From an uncultured Anaerolinea sp. (GTDB lineage Bacteria; Chloroflexota; Anaerolineae; Anaerolineales; Anaerolineaceae): a stretch of 64,000 nt of DNA. Below, one piece after another: positions 1-9,360 of the stretch; position 1 is the first letter of the stretch, and each line of letters begins with the position of its first letter. The stretch is taken from assembly GCA_964597505.1 (NCBI GenBank), contig CAZQXI010000002.1, forward strand, positions 92,775-156,774, read 5' to 3'. The notes below the pieces were generated by a model. The model saw only the letters and a list, made by a program, of their open reading frames with translations, had not been told where the DNA came from and did no database searches. The position numbers and the translations under genes are program-made.

Positions 1-1051
1 AGGGCAGAGTCAGACCACCAATGCTGCCAAAAGTTGATACCAATCCAACGGCTTTACCCTGGTTGTTGAGAAAGGCATCTGAGGTAAAAGCAATGGTTGA
101 AGGGTAAACCGTGCCAAAACAAAAACCGATGAACATGAGAACCCCTATTGCGGCGGTGGTTGTTCCTGTAAAGATTATTAATGCGATCCCTCCTATGGTT
201 GATCCGATGGCTGCCAACCCTAATAACTGCAGCGATTTCAATTTTCGACTTAACACCAGTCCTGCCAATCTTCCCAGGGTGATAAACCCCCAATAGGCGG
301 AGGTCACCAGGGCTCCCTGTTGGATGGGCAGCCGGGCTGACATTTCCATGAAGGTGGTGGACCAACTGCCGAGGCCGAATTCGACCCCCACGTAAGTTAA
401 GAGCATGGCCGCCGTCAACCATAAGAGAGGAGAACGGTAGACACTGGCAGTCAAAGTTTTATTTTCTGTGTTGTGTGAACTGCCGTCAATCGGTTTGTTT
501 GTATACAAGATGATGAATAATACAGATAAAACCGCAAAAAGGCCTGCAGCAAACCATAAAACGACTTTACCAGAAATGCTATTGGAAATGGCAAGACTGA
601 TAATTGCCGGTCCTGAAAAAGCGCCGAAGCCATAAAAGAAGTGCAGCAAATTCATAATGCCGGTGTTGTTTTCCGGGAAGGCATCTGCCACTACCAGGTT
701 GCCGCTGACTTCCATGCCGCCCTGGCCGAGACCCGTAAAGAAGAAAAAGAAGAACATCAAGGGCAATGAACGGGCGCTGCACAGTCCGATGATGCCGGCG
801 GAGAGGAAGAGCAGTGAGATCACCATCACGATCTTTTTGCCAACCTTGTCTGTCAACGGGCCGGCCACAAACATGGAAATAAGTGCCCCCGTAAACAGAA
901 ATGTTAAAACGCCTCCGATGGCGCCCAGGGTGGAATTAGTTTGGGTGGATAATTCCTTGACTATCGGTCCAATGGAACCGTTAAACAAACCAAAAACAAG
1001 AAACACCAGACAGGTCATGGCGACGATGATCTTTGGAGACACTTTTTTCAT
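1..1051 (-). CDS. MFS transporter (partial; C-terminus runs off window start)
   Basis: Minus-strand frame from ATG at 1051..1049 translates MKKVSPKIIVAMTCLVFLVFGLFNG...; long run of hydrophobic TM segments typical of 12-TM MFS; not in ORF track because it runs off the edge. The listed small ORFs in 54..782 are other-frame artefacts. Confidence 0.7.
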   Translation of the reverse strand, partial: MKKVSPKIIVAMTCLVFLVFGLFNGSIGPIVKELSTQTNSTLGAIGGVLTFLFTGALISMFVAGPLTDKVGKKIVMVISLLFLSAGIIGLCSARSLPLMFFFFFFTGLGQGGMEVSGNLVVADAFPENNTGIMNLLHFFYGFGAFSGPAIISLAISNSISGKVVLWFAAGLFAVLSVLFIILYTNKPIDGSSHNTENKTLTASVYRSPLLWLTAAMLLTYVGVEFGLGSWSTTFMEMSARLPIQQGALVTSAYWGFITLGRLAGLVLSRKLKSLQLLGLAAIGSTIGGIALIIFTGTTTAAIGVLMFIGFCFGTVYPSTIAFTSDAFLNNQGKAVGLVSTFGSIGGLTLP

Positions 1052-1085
1052 GGAACGTCCTTTTGTTTTTGATGTAAAAATAAGA

Positions 1086-1847
1086 TCACTTGATGAAATA
1101 GATAAGTGCAACCACCAGCCCAATGCCGACCACCATCCAGCGCAAAACAGATGCATTAACCTTGCTGGCCAGCTTGCCGCCGGCGGCGCCTCCGGCCAGG
1201 GCGCTGACCATCATGATCAGGGCTACCCCCCATAACACCTGACCTGAAAAGAGAAAAACCACTGCCGCGGCGATATTGGCTGACAATGCGATGGCCTGTT
1301 TCAGGGCGTTCAGTTTTGTCAGCGAATCATTATAGAAAAAGCCCAGCACAGCCAGCACGATCACGCTTAGTCCGGCGCCAAAGTAACCGCCGTAGACTGC
1401 GGCCAGGGCAACCGGTATAACAGCTATCCTTTTATCTTGTGTGCTGCCTTTACCATCCGCGGATTTATGCTTGAGCCACTTTTTGAGGGGTTCACCCACA
1501 GCCAGAAGCAGACAGGCGAGCAGGATCAACCAGGGCACCAGCCCTTTGAACAGGCGTTCACCGGAATGTAGCAGTAAGAATGCGCCGCCCAAACCGCCCA
1601 ACAGCCCTGCGGGGATTAAAATCCACAAGCGTTTGGACTGTTGCTTGAGTAAATCGCGTTGTGCAAAAGTGGCGCCAAAGTAGCCCGGGCAGAGCGCCAC
1701 CGTGTTGGTGACATTGGCAACCACGGCTGGCAGCCCAAAAGCTGTCAGCAGCGGAAAGGTGATCAGCGTGCCGCCGCCGGCCAGAGCGTTCACCATCCCG
1801 GCGGCAAAGGCTCCCAACCCTGCCAATGCAAATTGAAGAATTGTCAT
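1086..1847 (-). CDS. TauE/SafE (DUF81) family sulfite/anion exporter membrane protein
   Basis: 253 aa, Gly-rich TM helices (GMVNALAGGGTL..., GGYFGAGLSV) characteristic of the TauE/SafE family. Confidence 0.8.
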   Translation of the reverse strand: MTILQFALAGLGAFAAGMVNALAGGGTLITFPLLTAFGLPAVVANVTNTVALCPGYFGATFAQRDLLKQQSKRLWILIPAGLLGGLGGAFLLLHSGERLFKGLVPWLILLACLLLAVGEPLKKWLKHKSADGKGSTQDKRIAVIPVALAAVYGGYFGAGLSVIVLAVLGFFYNDSLTKLNALKQAIALSANIAAAVVFLFSGQVLWGVALIMMVSALAGGAAGGKLASKVNASVLRWMVVGIGLVVALIYFIK

Positions 1848-1884
1848 GTCGTTTATGCCCAGACTGTTCTTACCATGTTATATA

Positions 1885-1918
1885 AAAGCCGTGACTTATT
1901 ATGCCACGGCTTTTTATT
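1885..1918. terminator. GC stem-loop (gccgtg/cacggc) flanked by A/T runs; likely bidirectional rho-independent terminator
   Basis: aaagccgtgacttattatgccacggcttttt; lies between convergent/adjacent minus-strand genes. Confidence 0.4.
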
Positions 1919-1932
1919 GAACCAGTTGGAAA

Positions 1933-2916
1933 TTATCCGTTTAAATTTTTCTTGTAAGTTGACAATATATCATTGATCCGGCCCATCACATCCGGTGTCA
2001 GCTTCTCAACCACATCCAGAGCCTTCATGTTCTCATGCATCTGTTCGACGCGGCTGGCGCCGGTGATGACAGTACTGACATTCGGGTTCTTCAAGCACCA
2101 GGCGATGGCCATCTTGGATAAGGAAACACCGATATCGTCTGCCAATTTGCCAAGTTGCTTCACTTTTTCAATGGCTTCCTGGTCGGTGAATTTTTCACGC
2201 AGCCATTCGTAACCAGAAAGTGCACCGCGGGAATCGGCCGGGATGCCGTTGTTATATTTACCGGTTAACAAGCCGGCACCCAACGGGCTGAAAATGGTGG
2301 AACCATATCCGTAATCTGCAAACAAACGGGAATATTCTTTTTCCATGCGGTCGCGCCACAACAGGTTGTATTGAGGTTGTTCCATCACTGGCTTATGCAG
2401 GTGGTGGCGTTCTGCGATTTCGATGGCAGAAACGATCTCTGATGCGGACCATTCAGAGGTACCCCAATAAAGGGCCTTGCCCCATTCGATCAGGTTGTGC
2501 ATCGCCCAGACAGTCTCCTCGATGGGAGTGGTGGGATCAGGCCGGTGGCAAAAGATCAAATCGATGTATTCCAGGTCAAAGCGTTTTAACGAACCGTTCA
2601 TGGCTTCGATCAAGCGTTTACGATTAAGGGTGTCTTTTTCATTGATGCCGTCGTTGAGTCCCCAGAAAAACTTGGTCGAGACAAGGTAACTTCCGCGTCT
2701 CCAACCCAATTTCTTAAGTGCGGCTCCCATGACTTCTTCGGATTTGCCGCTTGCGTAAACTTCAGCGTTGTCAAAGAAATTGACTCCTGCTTCATAAGCG
2801 ATTGACATGGATTCCACGGCAGCGTCTATGCCCACCTGGGTATGAAAGGTAACCCACGAACCATAAGAAAGGGCGCTGACTTGCAGCCCGGTTTTTCCCA
2901 AATGACGATATTCCAT
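1933..2916 (-). CDS. aldo/keto reductase (AKR, K+ channel beta-subunit-like)
   Basis: 327 aa; [21 protein letters not shown]... and conserved AKR core; good RBS aaaaggagcgtcATG. Confidence 0.9.
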   Translation of the reverse strand: MEYRHLGKTGLQVSALSYGSWVTFHTQVGIDAAVESMSIAYEAGVNFFDNAEVYASGKSEEVMGAALKKLGWRRGSYLVSTKFFWGLNDGINEKDTLNRKRLIEAMNGSLKRFDLEYIDLIFCHRPDPTTPIEETVWAMHNLIEWGKALYWGTSEWSASEIVSAIEIAERHHLHKPVMEQPQYNLLWRDRMEKEYSRLFADYGYGSTIFSPLGAGLLTGKYNNGIPADSRGALSGYEWLREKFTDQEAIEKVKQLGKLADDIGVSLSKMAIAWCLKNPNVSTVITGASRVEQMHENMKALDVVEKLTPDVMGRINDILSTYKKNLNG

Positions 2917-2992
2917 TTTGACGCTCCTTTTAAGACTTGTTTAGTCTTATTTTATCATCTTCCGATTTGGAAAACCAAACAGTGCCGGCTAT

Positions 2993-3622
2993 TTAATTAA
3001 CTTCTGTTCTTTTGAGTATTTTCTTTACGCGGGCTGATTGAGAAACCGTCATATGAGGCAGCCGTTCTTGAAGAATTTCGAGAAATTCCTTGCGATTCGT
3101 GTAATTTATACAATGTTCAATAAATTCAGCATGCCGGGGGACGTCAGAAAGACGGCATGTGCGCAAAAAATTCATCAAAAATGGGTTCAATTCAGCCAGG
3201 TAAGTTTGATCCACTGCAGCCACCTGTGCCAGGGTTTTAATGCCGCCATCCTGGGTAATGACTGAGCCTTGAGCGATGGTTTTACAGATCAGTTCACGTT
3301 TTTCAAACAGGTCTGAAGCAGCTAAGGGGGCAATGGTAGAAAGCGCAATCATGGCTCCCCATACCAGGCGGTTTTGTTTGCTAGTTAATAGCTTTAAGAA
3401 GTCGGATGCGTAAGGAGCAATCAAATCGGGAGATTTGTATCCCGTTTCGTAGAGTACTTTCAAACAATCGCTGCGCACATTGGGGTTTTTATCCCACAGA
3501 TGTTCAGCGATTTCCTTTACGCCTTCCACATTTCTGGCGGCTGCAAGTTCGCGGGCGAGTTCCTGGTTGGGAACTTCATCGCGGATTCCCTGATGGAATG
3601 CGATTTTCATCAAGACGGACAT
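2993..3622 (-). CDS. HEAT-repeat protein, possibly DNA-alkylation-repair (AlkD-like) family
   Basis: All-alpha repeat composition; strong RBS GGGAGGG 4 nt before internal ATG (MSVLMKIAF...), so start placed at 3622 rather than ORF-track 3640. Confidence 0.45.
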   Translation of the reverse strand: MSVLMKIAFHQGIRDEVPNQELARELAAARNVEGVKEIAEHLWDKNPNVRSDCLKVLYETGYKSPDLIAPYASDFLKLLTSKQNRLVWGAMIALSTIAPLAASDLFEKRELICKTIAQGSVITQDGGIKTLAQVAAVDQTYLAELNPFLMNFLRTCRLSDVPRHAEFIEHCINYTNRKEFLEILQERLPHMTVSQSARVKKILKRTEVN

Positions 3623-3639
3623 GGTCCCTCCCGGTTGCA

Positions 3640-4335
3640 TTAATCTTCTAATGCATATTGTACAGCAGCCTGTGCATGGAGGAGGGTGGTATCAAAGAGG
3701 GGAAGACTGCAATCTGATTGTTTAACGAGCAGTCCGATCTCGGTGCAGCCTAATATGATGCCTTCGGCACCTTGATCAGCTAAATTATGAATTATTTTCT
3801 GGTAGGCGTCTCGCGAAGCGGGCAGGATCTTGCCCACCACCAGTTCGTTATAAATGATTTCGTGAACGATATCCTGGTCTGCGGCAACGGGGGTGTAGAC
3901 TTTGAGCCCAAATTTGTCAGCCAACCGCCGCTTATAAAAGTCGCCTTGCATGGTGAAACGGGTGCCCAGCAGCCCCACGGTACGGATGCCTTGTTCCAGC
4001 ACGGCCGTTGCGGCGGCATCCGCGATGTGCAACAATGGTATGTGTACAGCTGCTTGGACTTCATCTGCCATCTTGTGCATGGTGTTGGTACATATCAACA
4101 AAAAGTCAGCGCCGGCGGCTTCCACGTGGCGGGCAGCGGTGGTCATCATCTGTGTGGCTTCAACCCAGCGGCCTGATTTTTGCAGCGTCTCAACTTCTGC
4201 AAAATCCACCGAGACCATCACGCTCCTGGCGGAATGGACGCCTCCAAGCGCTTGATGAACGCCTTCGTTGATCAATTTGTAATATTCAGCAGAAGATTCC
4301 CAACTCATGCCGCCGATCATGCCAATCGTTTTCAT
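3640..4335 (-). CDS. aspartate/glutamate racemase family protein
   Basis: MKTIGMIGGMSWESS...CTNTMH...LGCTE: two conserved Cys motifs of Asp/Glu racemases. Confidence 0.9.
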   Translation of the reverse strand: MKTIGMIGGMSWESSAEYYKLINEGVHQALGGVHSARSVMVSVDFAEVETLQKSGRWVEATQMMTTAARHVEAAGADFLLICTNTMHKMADEVQAAVHIPLLHIADAAATAVLEQGIRTVGLLGTRFTMQGDFYKRRLADKFGLKVYTPVAADQDIVHEIIYNELVVGKILPASRDAYQKIIHNLADQGAEGIILGCTEIGLLVKQSDCSLPLFDTTLLHAQAAVQYALED

Positions 4336-4356
4336 GTTTACCCCTTAAGGTCCATA

Positions 4357-5013
4357 TCAGGATGCTGTGTCAAAAGTGAAGGGTGAAGAGAGTACCAGGT
4401 CAACGATCTGGCTCATCTCGGTAAATATGTGCTCTGGTTCATGCGAAGCCATGGCATCCATGGTTGAAAAACCCCATGATACCGCGCCAAATGGAATATT
4501 AACTTTTTTGGCCGCTTCAACATCCCTGATCTCATCGCCGATCGCCAACATTTCTGAGCGATCCAGCCCGCTTTTGCGGATGATCCTCTTCAGGGCTGCA
4601 GGCTTGCCGAACAGAGAAACCTTGTCTTCGAAAAGGTGAAAAAAGCTGTATAGATCATCACCCAGCACTCTGCGCACTGTTTCACAAGTATTGGTGGTCA
4701 CCAACGCGAGGCGGATGTCGTTGTCTTTGAGTTCCTGCAGCATTTTACCGACACCCTCAAAACATTTAATACTGTCTCCGTTTGTTTTCATTCGCGAACG
4801 CGTGAACTTGAGAATGGCGGGCAGCTTCCAGATCGACACATTATGCATTTTCATGATTTTACGAGGCGGATAGTTTTTTAACTCATCCAATTTGGAATGA
4901 TCAACCGGAATAGCGTTGAATTTTTCAGCCAGTTCGTCCAATATGGCTACCACCCATGGATATGAATTCGCCAGCGTACCGTCAAAATCAAAGATCAATA
5001 ATTTATAAGCCAC
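4357..5013 (-). CDS. HAD-superfamily hydrolase (phosphoglycolate phosphatase-like)
   Basis: LLIFDFDGTL motif I, ...AIGDEIRD motif IV. Confidence 0.85.
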   Translation of the reverse strand: MAYKLLIFDFDGTLANSYPWVVAILDELAEKFNAIPVDHSKLDELKNYPPRKIMKMHNVSIWKLPAILKFTRSRMKTNGDSIKCFEGVGKMLQELKDNDIRLALVTTNTCETVRRVLGDDLYSFFHLFEDKVSLFGKPAALKRIIRKSGLDRSEMLAIGDEIRDVEAAKKVNIPFGAVSWGFSTMDAMASHEPEHIFTEMSQIVDLVLSSPFTFDTAS

Positions 5014-5193
5014 AATAATGCTTTCCTGATGTGAACGAGATACTGATAATTTTACCCAATAAATCCTGATTTCCAGGTTTTGGTTGCATCACAGTTCTGC
5101 AAAGTATCTATACCAAATCTAAACCAAATAAAGTCTTGCTGCTTGTATCCTTTGTGCATCAATAACATTATAGGCATACAGATTAAAAAAATT

Positions 5194-6075
5194 ATGAAAA
5201 ATCAAAAATCAAATTGGTTCCTGGATGTTGTCATCCTGCTTGGATTTCTGGTCTCCTTTTTTCTAAATCTAACCGGGCTGGCTGTGCATCAATGGCTGGG
5301 TGTCGCCGTTTTTTTGGGTATTTTGTTTCACCTGGTCAATCATTGGAATTGGGTTAAAAACGTCTTCTCGAGATTTTTTGGCAAGACCTCTGGCCGGGCC
5401 AGATTATATGCCTTGATCGATGGACTATTACTTTACGGGTTCGTCATGATCATTGAAACTGGGCTGGTCATCTCTACCTGGTTCAATCTAAACCTTACCA
5501 ATTACGAGGTCTGGCTGGATATTCACATCTATTCGTCAATTGCCACTTTATTGTTGGCAGTACTCAAGGTTGGTCTTCATTGGCGCTGGATCGTTAAAAC
5601 CGCAGCCAGGATCTTCAACCCCGCGCCGAAACTTAACCCCCAGGCGCTGACACCTGCCCCTCAAGCTGCAACCGTCAGCCGTAGAGATTTTTTGGTTACC
5701 ATGGGTCTGGTTGGGTTGGGATCTGCCATTGCCATCAGTAATGTGCTTCCCTCGCTCACGAAAGTGGATGCGTCTTCAACACTTGCACAAAATAGTGACA
5801 CTACAGCCACAACCGCCACCCAGGCGCAGCCGACCGCAGCAGCAACTCAGACACAGGCTGCCACCGCAGTTTCAACAGATGCGCCGACCGCCGTCCCCAC
5901 CGCCGCTGCACAGCCGACTGCCATCCCCACCGCCACCAGCGCACCGGTGGCAAGCAACAACCTGGTTTGTTACGCAACCTGTCCCAAGAGACGGCATTGT
6001 TCCTTCCCTGGCGAGTGCGGCAGATATACCGACTCAAACAGCAACGGGTTGTGCGATTTAGGTGAATGCAGCTAA
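5194..6075 (+). CDS. membrane protein: N-terminal 4-TM DUF4405-like domain, internal twin-arginine-like motif, Ala/Thr/Pro linker, C-terminal 6-Cys tail
   Basis: Start moved to ATG 5194 (MKNQKSNWFLDVVILLGF...) because the 5080-5193 frame looks non-coding/AT-rich; SRRDFLVTMGLVGLGSAIA mid-protein; C-term CYATCPKRRHCSFPGECGRYTDSNSNGLCDLGEC. Confidence 0.55.
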   Translation: MKNQKSNWFLDVVILLGFLVSFFLNLTGLAVHQWLGVAVFLGILFHLVNHWNWVKNVFSRFFGKTSGRARLYALIDGLLLYGFVMIIETGLVISTWFNLNLTNYEVWLDIHIYSSIATLLLAVLKVGLHWRWIVKTAARIFNPAPKLNPQALTPAPQAATVSRRDFLVTMGLVGLGSAIAISNVLPSLTKVDASSTLAQNSDTTATTATQAQPTAAATQTQAATAVSTDAPTAVPTAAAQPTAIPTATSAPVASNNLVCYATCPKRRHCSFPGECGRYTDSNSNGLCDLGECS

Positions 6076-6169
6076 GGAGGATGATCGATAAATATACGCT
6101 TGTTTTTGATAAGTCCTTCACAACTTTTCTGTAAACTAAAACTACATCTTCTCCTCCTTTGAATAACAC

Positions 6170-6196
6170 GAATCCCCAAGCGGCACTTGGGGATTC
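6170..6196. other. 11-bp perfect stem-loop (gaatccccaag cggca cttggggattc) in intergenic region
   Basis: Seen directly; no clean U-tract so terminator role uncertain. Confidence 0.3.
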
Positions 6197-6267
6197 GCCG
6201 ATTAACCTTGGTTTTGATGCAAGCGGGAATATAATCAAATCCAATTAATGATTGGAAAGGTTACTTT

Positions 6268-8190
6268 ATGCGCGGACATATGATGAAATCCCTGGCTGAA
6301 AGTCCGGACGAAATTCCACACGTTTCGTGGACTTTAATGAAACGTGTTTTTACTTACGCAAAACCCTATATCTGGACCTTGTTGGGGATGCTGACTCTGA
6401 TCCTGGTCGGCACCGGACTGACCTTGTTAACCCCCATGGTGGTAAGGCAGTTAATTGACAAGACCATTCCAGCAGGGGATATCAAAGGGCTGATCTGGTT
6501 GGCAGGCGCCCTGTTCTTGATTCCGGTAATGAACAGTGTGTTAAGTGTCATTCAAAGACGGTTGAGTGCAGCTGTGGGTGAAGGTGTGATCTACGACTTG
6601 CGCATGACACTATATTCAGGTTTGCAGCGGATGTCATTGCGTTTCTTTACCAACACCAAAGTCGGCGAATTGATGAGCCGTTTGAACAATGACGTGGTGG
6701 GGGCACAAAATGCCATCAGCAGCACATTTGTAAATATCCTAACCAATATCATCCAGATGGTGGCAACCCTGGCGGTCATGTTTACCTTTGAGTGGCGCCT
6801 GACCCTGATCAGTATTGTGATAGCCCCATTGTTTATTCTGGCGGTTCGAAAATTAAGCAACCGCATGCGTGATATTGTGCGCGCTCAAATGGAAGCCAAC
6901 GCACAGATGAACGCCATGATGCATGAAACACTCAACATTGGAGGCGCTTTGCTGGTCAAACTTTTTGGCCGGCGAATGCTTGAAGTGGACCGCTTTGGTG
7001 AGCGAGCCAGGCAGGTCAAAAACCAGGGCGTCGAACGGGCTTATTTGGGTTCGATCTTTATGGCCATCATCGGATTGTTGAGTGCGGTCGGCACTGCCCT
7101 GGTCTACGGCTTTGGCGGTTATTTTGTGATCAAGGGTTTGTTTACGGTAGGGACGATCGTGGCCTTTGGGTCCTATCTTGGCAGTCTTTATGGCGCTTTG
7201 TTCAGTCTGGCGAACGCTCCCATGGATTTTGCCACCTCGGTGGTCAGTTTTGAACGTGTTTTTGAAGTGATTGACATGCCGCTTGATATTAAAGAGAAAG
7301 CGGATGCGCGTATTCCCCAGGCAGTCAAAGGGCAAATCGATTTTGAGGATGTCACCTTTACCTATCAGGCTGGTGACGAGCATCTCTTAAGTGATGTGCG
7401 CCGCTACGGCAGCACGGAATCCATCACGGCCTCATTATCTGGGACCAACCCGATCTCAAATGCGGATGACGGCCATCACAGCCAGGCTCGCGGCAATGCT
7501 CTCGAAAATGTCAGTTTTTGTATTGAACCGGGCAGTTTGGTAGCCCTGGTTGGCCCAAGCGGCGCCGGAAAAACCACGCTGACCTACCTCATTCCACGCT
7601 TGTATGATCCCACTGCGGGCAGTATCCGCTTGGATGGGGTGGATCTGCGCGATTTGAAACTGGATGCACTCGCCGAACAAATCGGCATGGTTACCCAGGA
7701 AACATATTTGTTTCACGATACCATCCGCACCAACCTGCTTTATTCCCGGCTGGATGCCAGCCAGGATGAAATTGAAGCAGCCTGCAAGACGGCCAATATT
7801 CACGATTTCATCGTGGATCTGCCGGATGGTTACGACACCGTGGTGGGTGAACGCGGTTACCGGCTAAGCGGCGGAGAAAAGCAGCGCATTGCCCTGGCAC
7901 GCGTGATCTTGAAAGACCCGCGCATTCTTGTTCTGGATGAAGCCACCAGCAGTCTTGACAGTGAATCAGAAGCGCTCATCCAGGAAGCTCTCAACCGTGT
8001 GATGGCACAACGCACCAGCATCGTTATCGCACATCGGCTGAGCACCATCCTGGCTGCGGACCAGATTTTAGTGATTGACCGCGGACAGGTGCTCGAGATG
8101 GGCACCCACACTGAACTGCTAGCGAAAAAAGGCTTATATGCGCAGCTTTATAAAACCCAATTCCGCAAACACGGCACCGATTTGGAATGA
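6268..8190 (+). CDS. ABC exporter, fused permease/ATP-binding (MsbA/ABCB-type) with ~38-aa insertion in the NBD
   Basis: 6-TM N-domain, Walker A GPSGAGKTT, signature LSGGEKQR, Walker B ILVLDEATS; extra segment RRYGSTESITASLSGTNPISNADDGHHSQARGNALENV before Walker A. Confidence 0.9.
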   Translation: MRGHMMKSLAESPDEIPHVSWTLMKRVFTYAKPYIWTLLGMLTLILVGTGLTLLTPMVVRQLIDKTIPAGDIKGLIWLAGALFLIPVMNSVLSVIQRRLSAAVGEGVIYDLRMTLYSGLQRMSLRFFTNTKVGELMSRLNNDVVGAQNAISSTFVNILTNIIQMVATLAVMFTFEWRLTLISIVIAPLFILAVRKLSNRMRDIVRAQMEANAQMNAMMHETLNIGGALLVKLFGRRMLEVDRFGERARQVKNQGVERAYLGSIFMAIIGLLSAVGTALVYGFGGYFVIKGLFTVGTIVAFGSYLGSLYGALFSLANAPMDFATSVVSFERVFEVIDMPLDIKEKADARIPQAVKGQIDFEDVTFTYQAGDEHLLSDVRRYGSTESITASLSGTNPISNADDGHHSQARGNALENVSFCIEPGSLVALVGPSGAGKTTLTYLIPRLYDPTAGSIRLDGVDLRDLKLDALAEQIGMVTQETYLFHDTIRTNLLYSRLDASQDEIEAACKTANIHDFIVDLPDGYDTVVGERGYRLSGGEKQRIALARVILKDPRILVLDEATSSLDSESEALIQEALNRVMAQRTSIVIAHRLSTILAADQILVIDRGQVLEMGTHTELLAKKGLYAQLYKTQFRKHGTDLE

Positions 8191-8230
8191 TCAAATCAAG
8201 CATTTTATTTTGAGTGTTTGACTTAAAAAG

Positions 8231-8275
8231 GAAACCTCCGCGAGTCTACAAAATCGCGGAGGTTTTTATTCTGTT
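8231..8275. terminator. bidirectional rho-independent terminator
   Basis: aaaaaggaaacctccgcgagtctacaaaatcgcggaggtttttatt between convergent genes. Confidence 0.6.
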
Positions 8276-8283
8276 TTGGGAGC

Positions 8284-9189
8284 CTAAGGCTGAACCTTGA
8301 TTTCTTTGTTCAAACAGGTGCCAGCAAGACCATCTTCGGAGCACAGCTTGACTCGGATGAAGAAAGTTCCACCCGCGGGGTTGTAATCAAAATGTCCCGG
8401 ATTGTAAGGGCTGATGAATACATGTTCGCCTTTGGCCAGGTCGTCTTGAATGTTGTCTACATGACAGTTGAACCAGCCTTCAAACTTATCGCTCGAGTAA
8501 CTGGCAGATTTTTTGGTGTTGGCATCCACAATATAAACGCTGATGGACTTCCAGACCAGTTTATCTGTGTTGGATATGACCACGTTGAAAGAATAGTCTC
8601 CGCCGGAGCATTGCTGAAGACCTGAATAGGTCAAGCTGAAATTCATGCCGGTGTCACCGGTGGGGGTGGGCAGCGGATTAACGACTTTCAGATCCGCACG
8701 GTTGCCTTGAAGCGTGGCGCCTTCACTGAATACCCAGCAATAAGTTCCAGGGGTGAAGGGGTTTTCAATATAGGTGTAGCTGGTGTTGTTTTCCAATTTG
8801 CCAATGGCGTTCAGTTGCTGTCCGGCAGGGATGGAAGCCACGGATGGGTAATTGGTGGCAGGTCCGGTTCGGCAGATGGTGTTTTTAGCCAGTGCAATGA
8901 CTACTTTTCCTCCAGCAAATGCGGTGACTTCCGTGGGCGCGGGGATATTCTCGTTGGACGCCGTGGGTTCCACATAAGCGGTGGCGGTAGGCTCAAGGGT
9001 TGCAGTAGGTGCAGCTGTTTCGGTCGGTTCCACGGCCGGTGCTTCAGTGGCTGCCACGGTGGCAACAATAGCAGGTGTGGCGGTGGGCTCAGCAGTGGGT
9101 TGGACTGTTGGCTGTGCGGCGCAGGCTGCCATGGCTATCACTGTCACGAGGGTAAGACCCCATAAAATCATCTTTTGTTTTTTCATCAT
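8284..9189 (-). CDS. secreted lipoprotein, paralog 1 of a 4-member family (SH3-like domain + Cys-containing beta domain)
   Basis: Signal + lipobox (VIAMAAC), Thr/Pro/Ala/Glu linker, conserved motifs TICRTG...YCW, YSGLQQC, KLCSEDG..GTC shared with the next three genes. Confidence 0.7.
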   Translation of the reverse strand: MMKKQKMILWGLTLVTVIAMAACAAQPTVQPTAEPTATPAIVATVAATEAPAVEPTETAAPTATLEPTATAYVEPTASNENIPAPTEVTAFAGGKVVIALAKNTICRTGPATNYPSVASIPAGQQLNAIGKLENNTSYTYIENPFTPGTYCWVFSEGATLQGNRADLKVVNPLPTPTGDTGMNFSLTYSGLQQCSGGDYSFNVVISNTDKLVWKSISVYIVDANTKKSASYSSDKFEGWFNCHVDNIQDDLAKGEHVFISPYNPGHFDYNPAGGTFFIRVKLCSEDGLAGTCLNKEIKVQP

Positions 9190-9302
9190 TAACCTCCCAA
9201 GCAGGCATTTGTCATGCCTCTGACTTGTGTATTTCCAATCTTATCACGGAGTTTGGGATATAAAAAGGAAACGGCCAGTTGGGGAAGGCAATGAAAATGG
9301 GA

Positions 9303-9341
9303 ATAAAAAAACACATGCGGATCGTAAATCCGCATGTGTTT
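9303..9341 (-). terminator. rho-independent terminator for paralog 2
   Basis: 13-bp stem acacatgcggat/atccgcatgtgt followed (minus strand) by TTTTTTT. Confidence 0.65.
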
Positions 9342-9360
9342 GAAGGGCAGGTGTTCGTTT

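Noticed and set aside
54-782. ORF-track entries 54-422(-), 111-296(+), 451-633(-), 579-782(-)
   Set aside because: They overlap a continuous minus-strand MFS transporter frame (1051 down to the window start) and translate to non-protein-like sequence. They are wrong-frame artefacts.
5711-6244. Pro/Arg-rich ORFs 5711-6061(+) and 5801-6244(-)
   Set aside because: Alternate-frame and antisense readings of the Ala/Thr/Pro-rich linker of the 5194-6075 membrane protein. Low complexity, no start context.
8707-9223. Gly/Cys/Arg-rich ORFs 8707-9165(+) and 8981-9223(+)
   Set aside because: Antisense to the Thr/Pro/Ala linker of lipoprotein paralog 1. The composition is a mirror of that low-complexity region.
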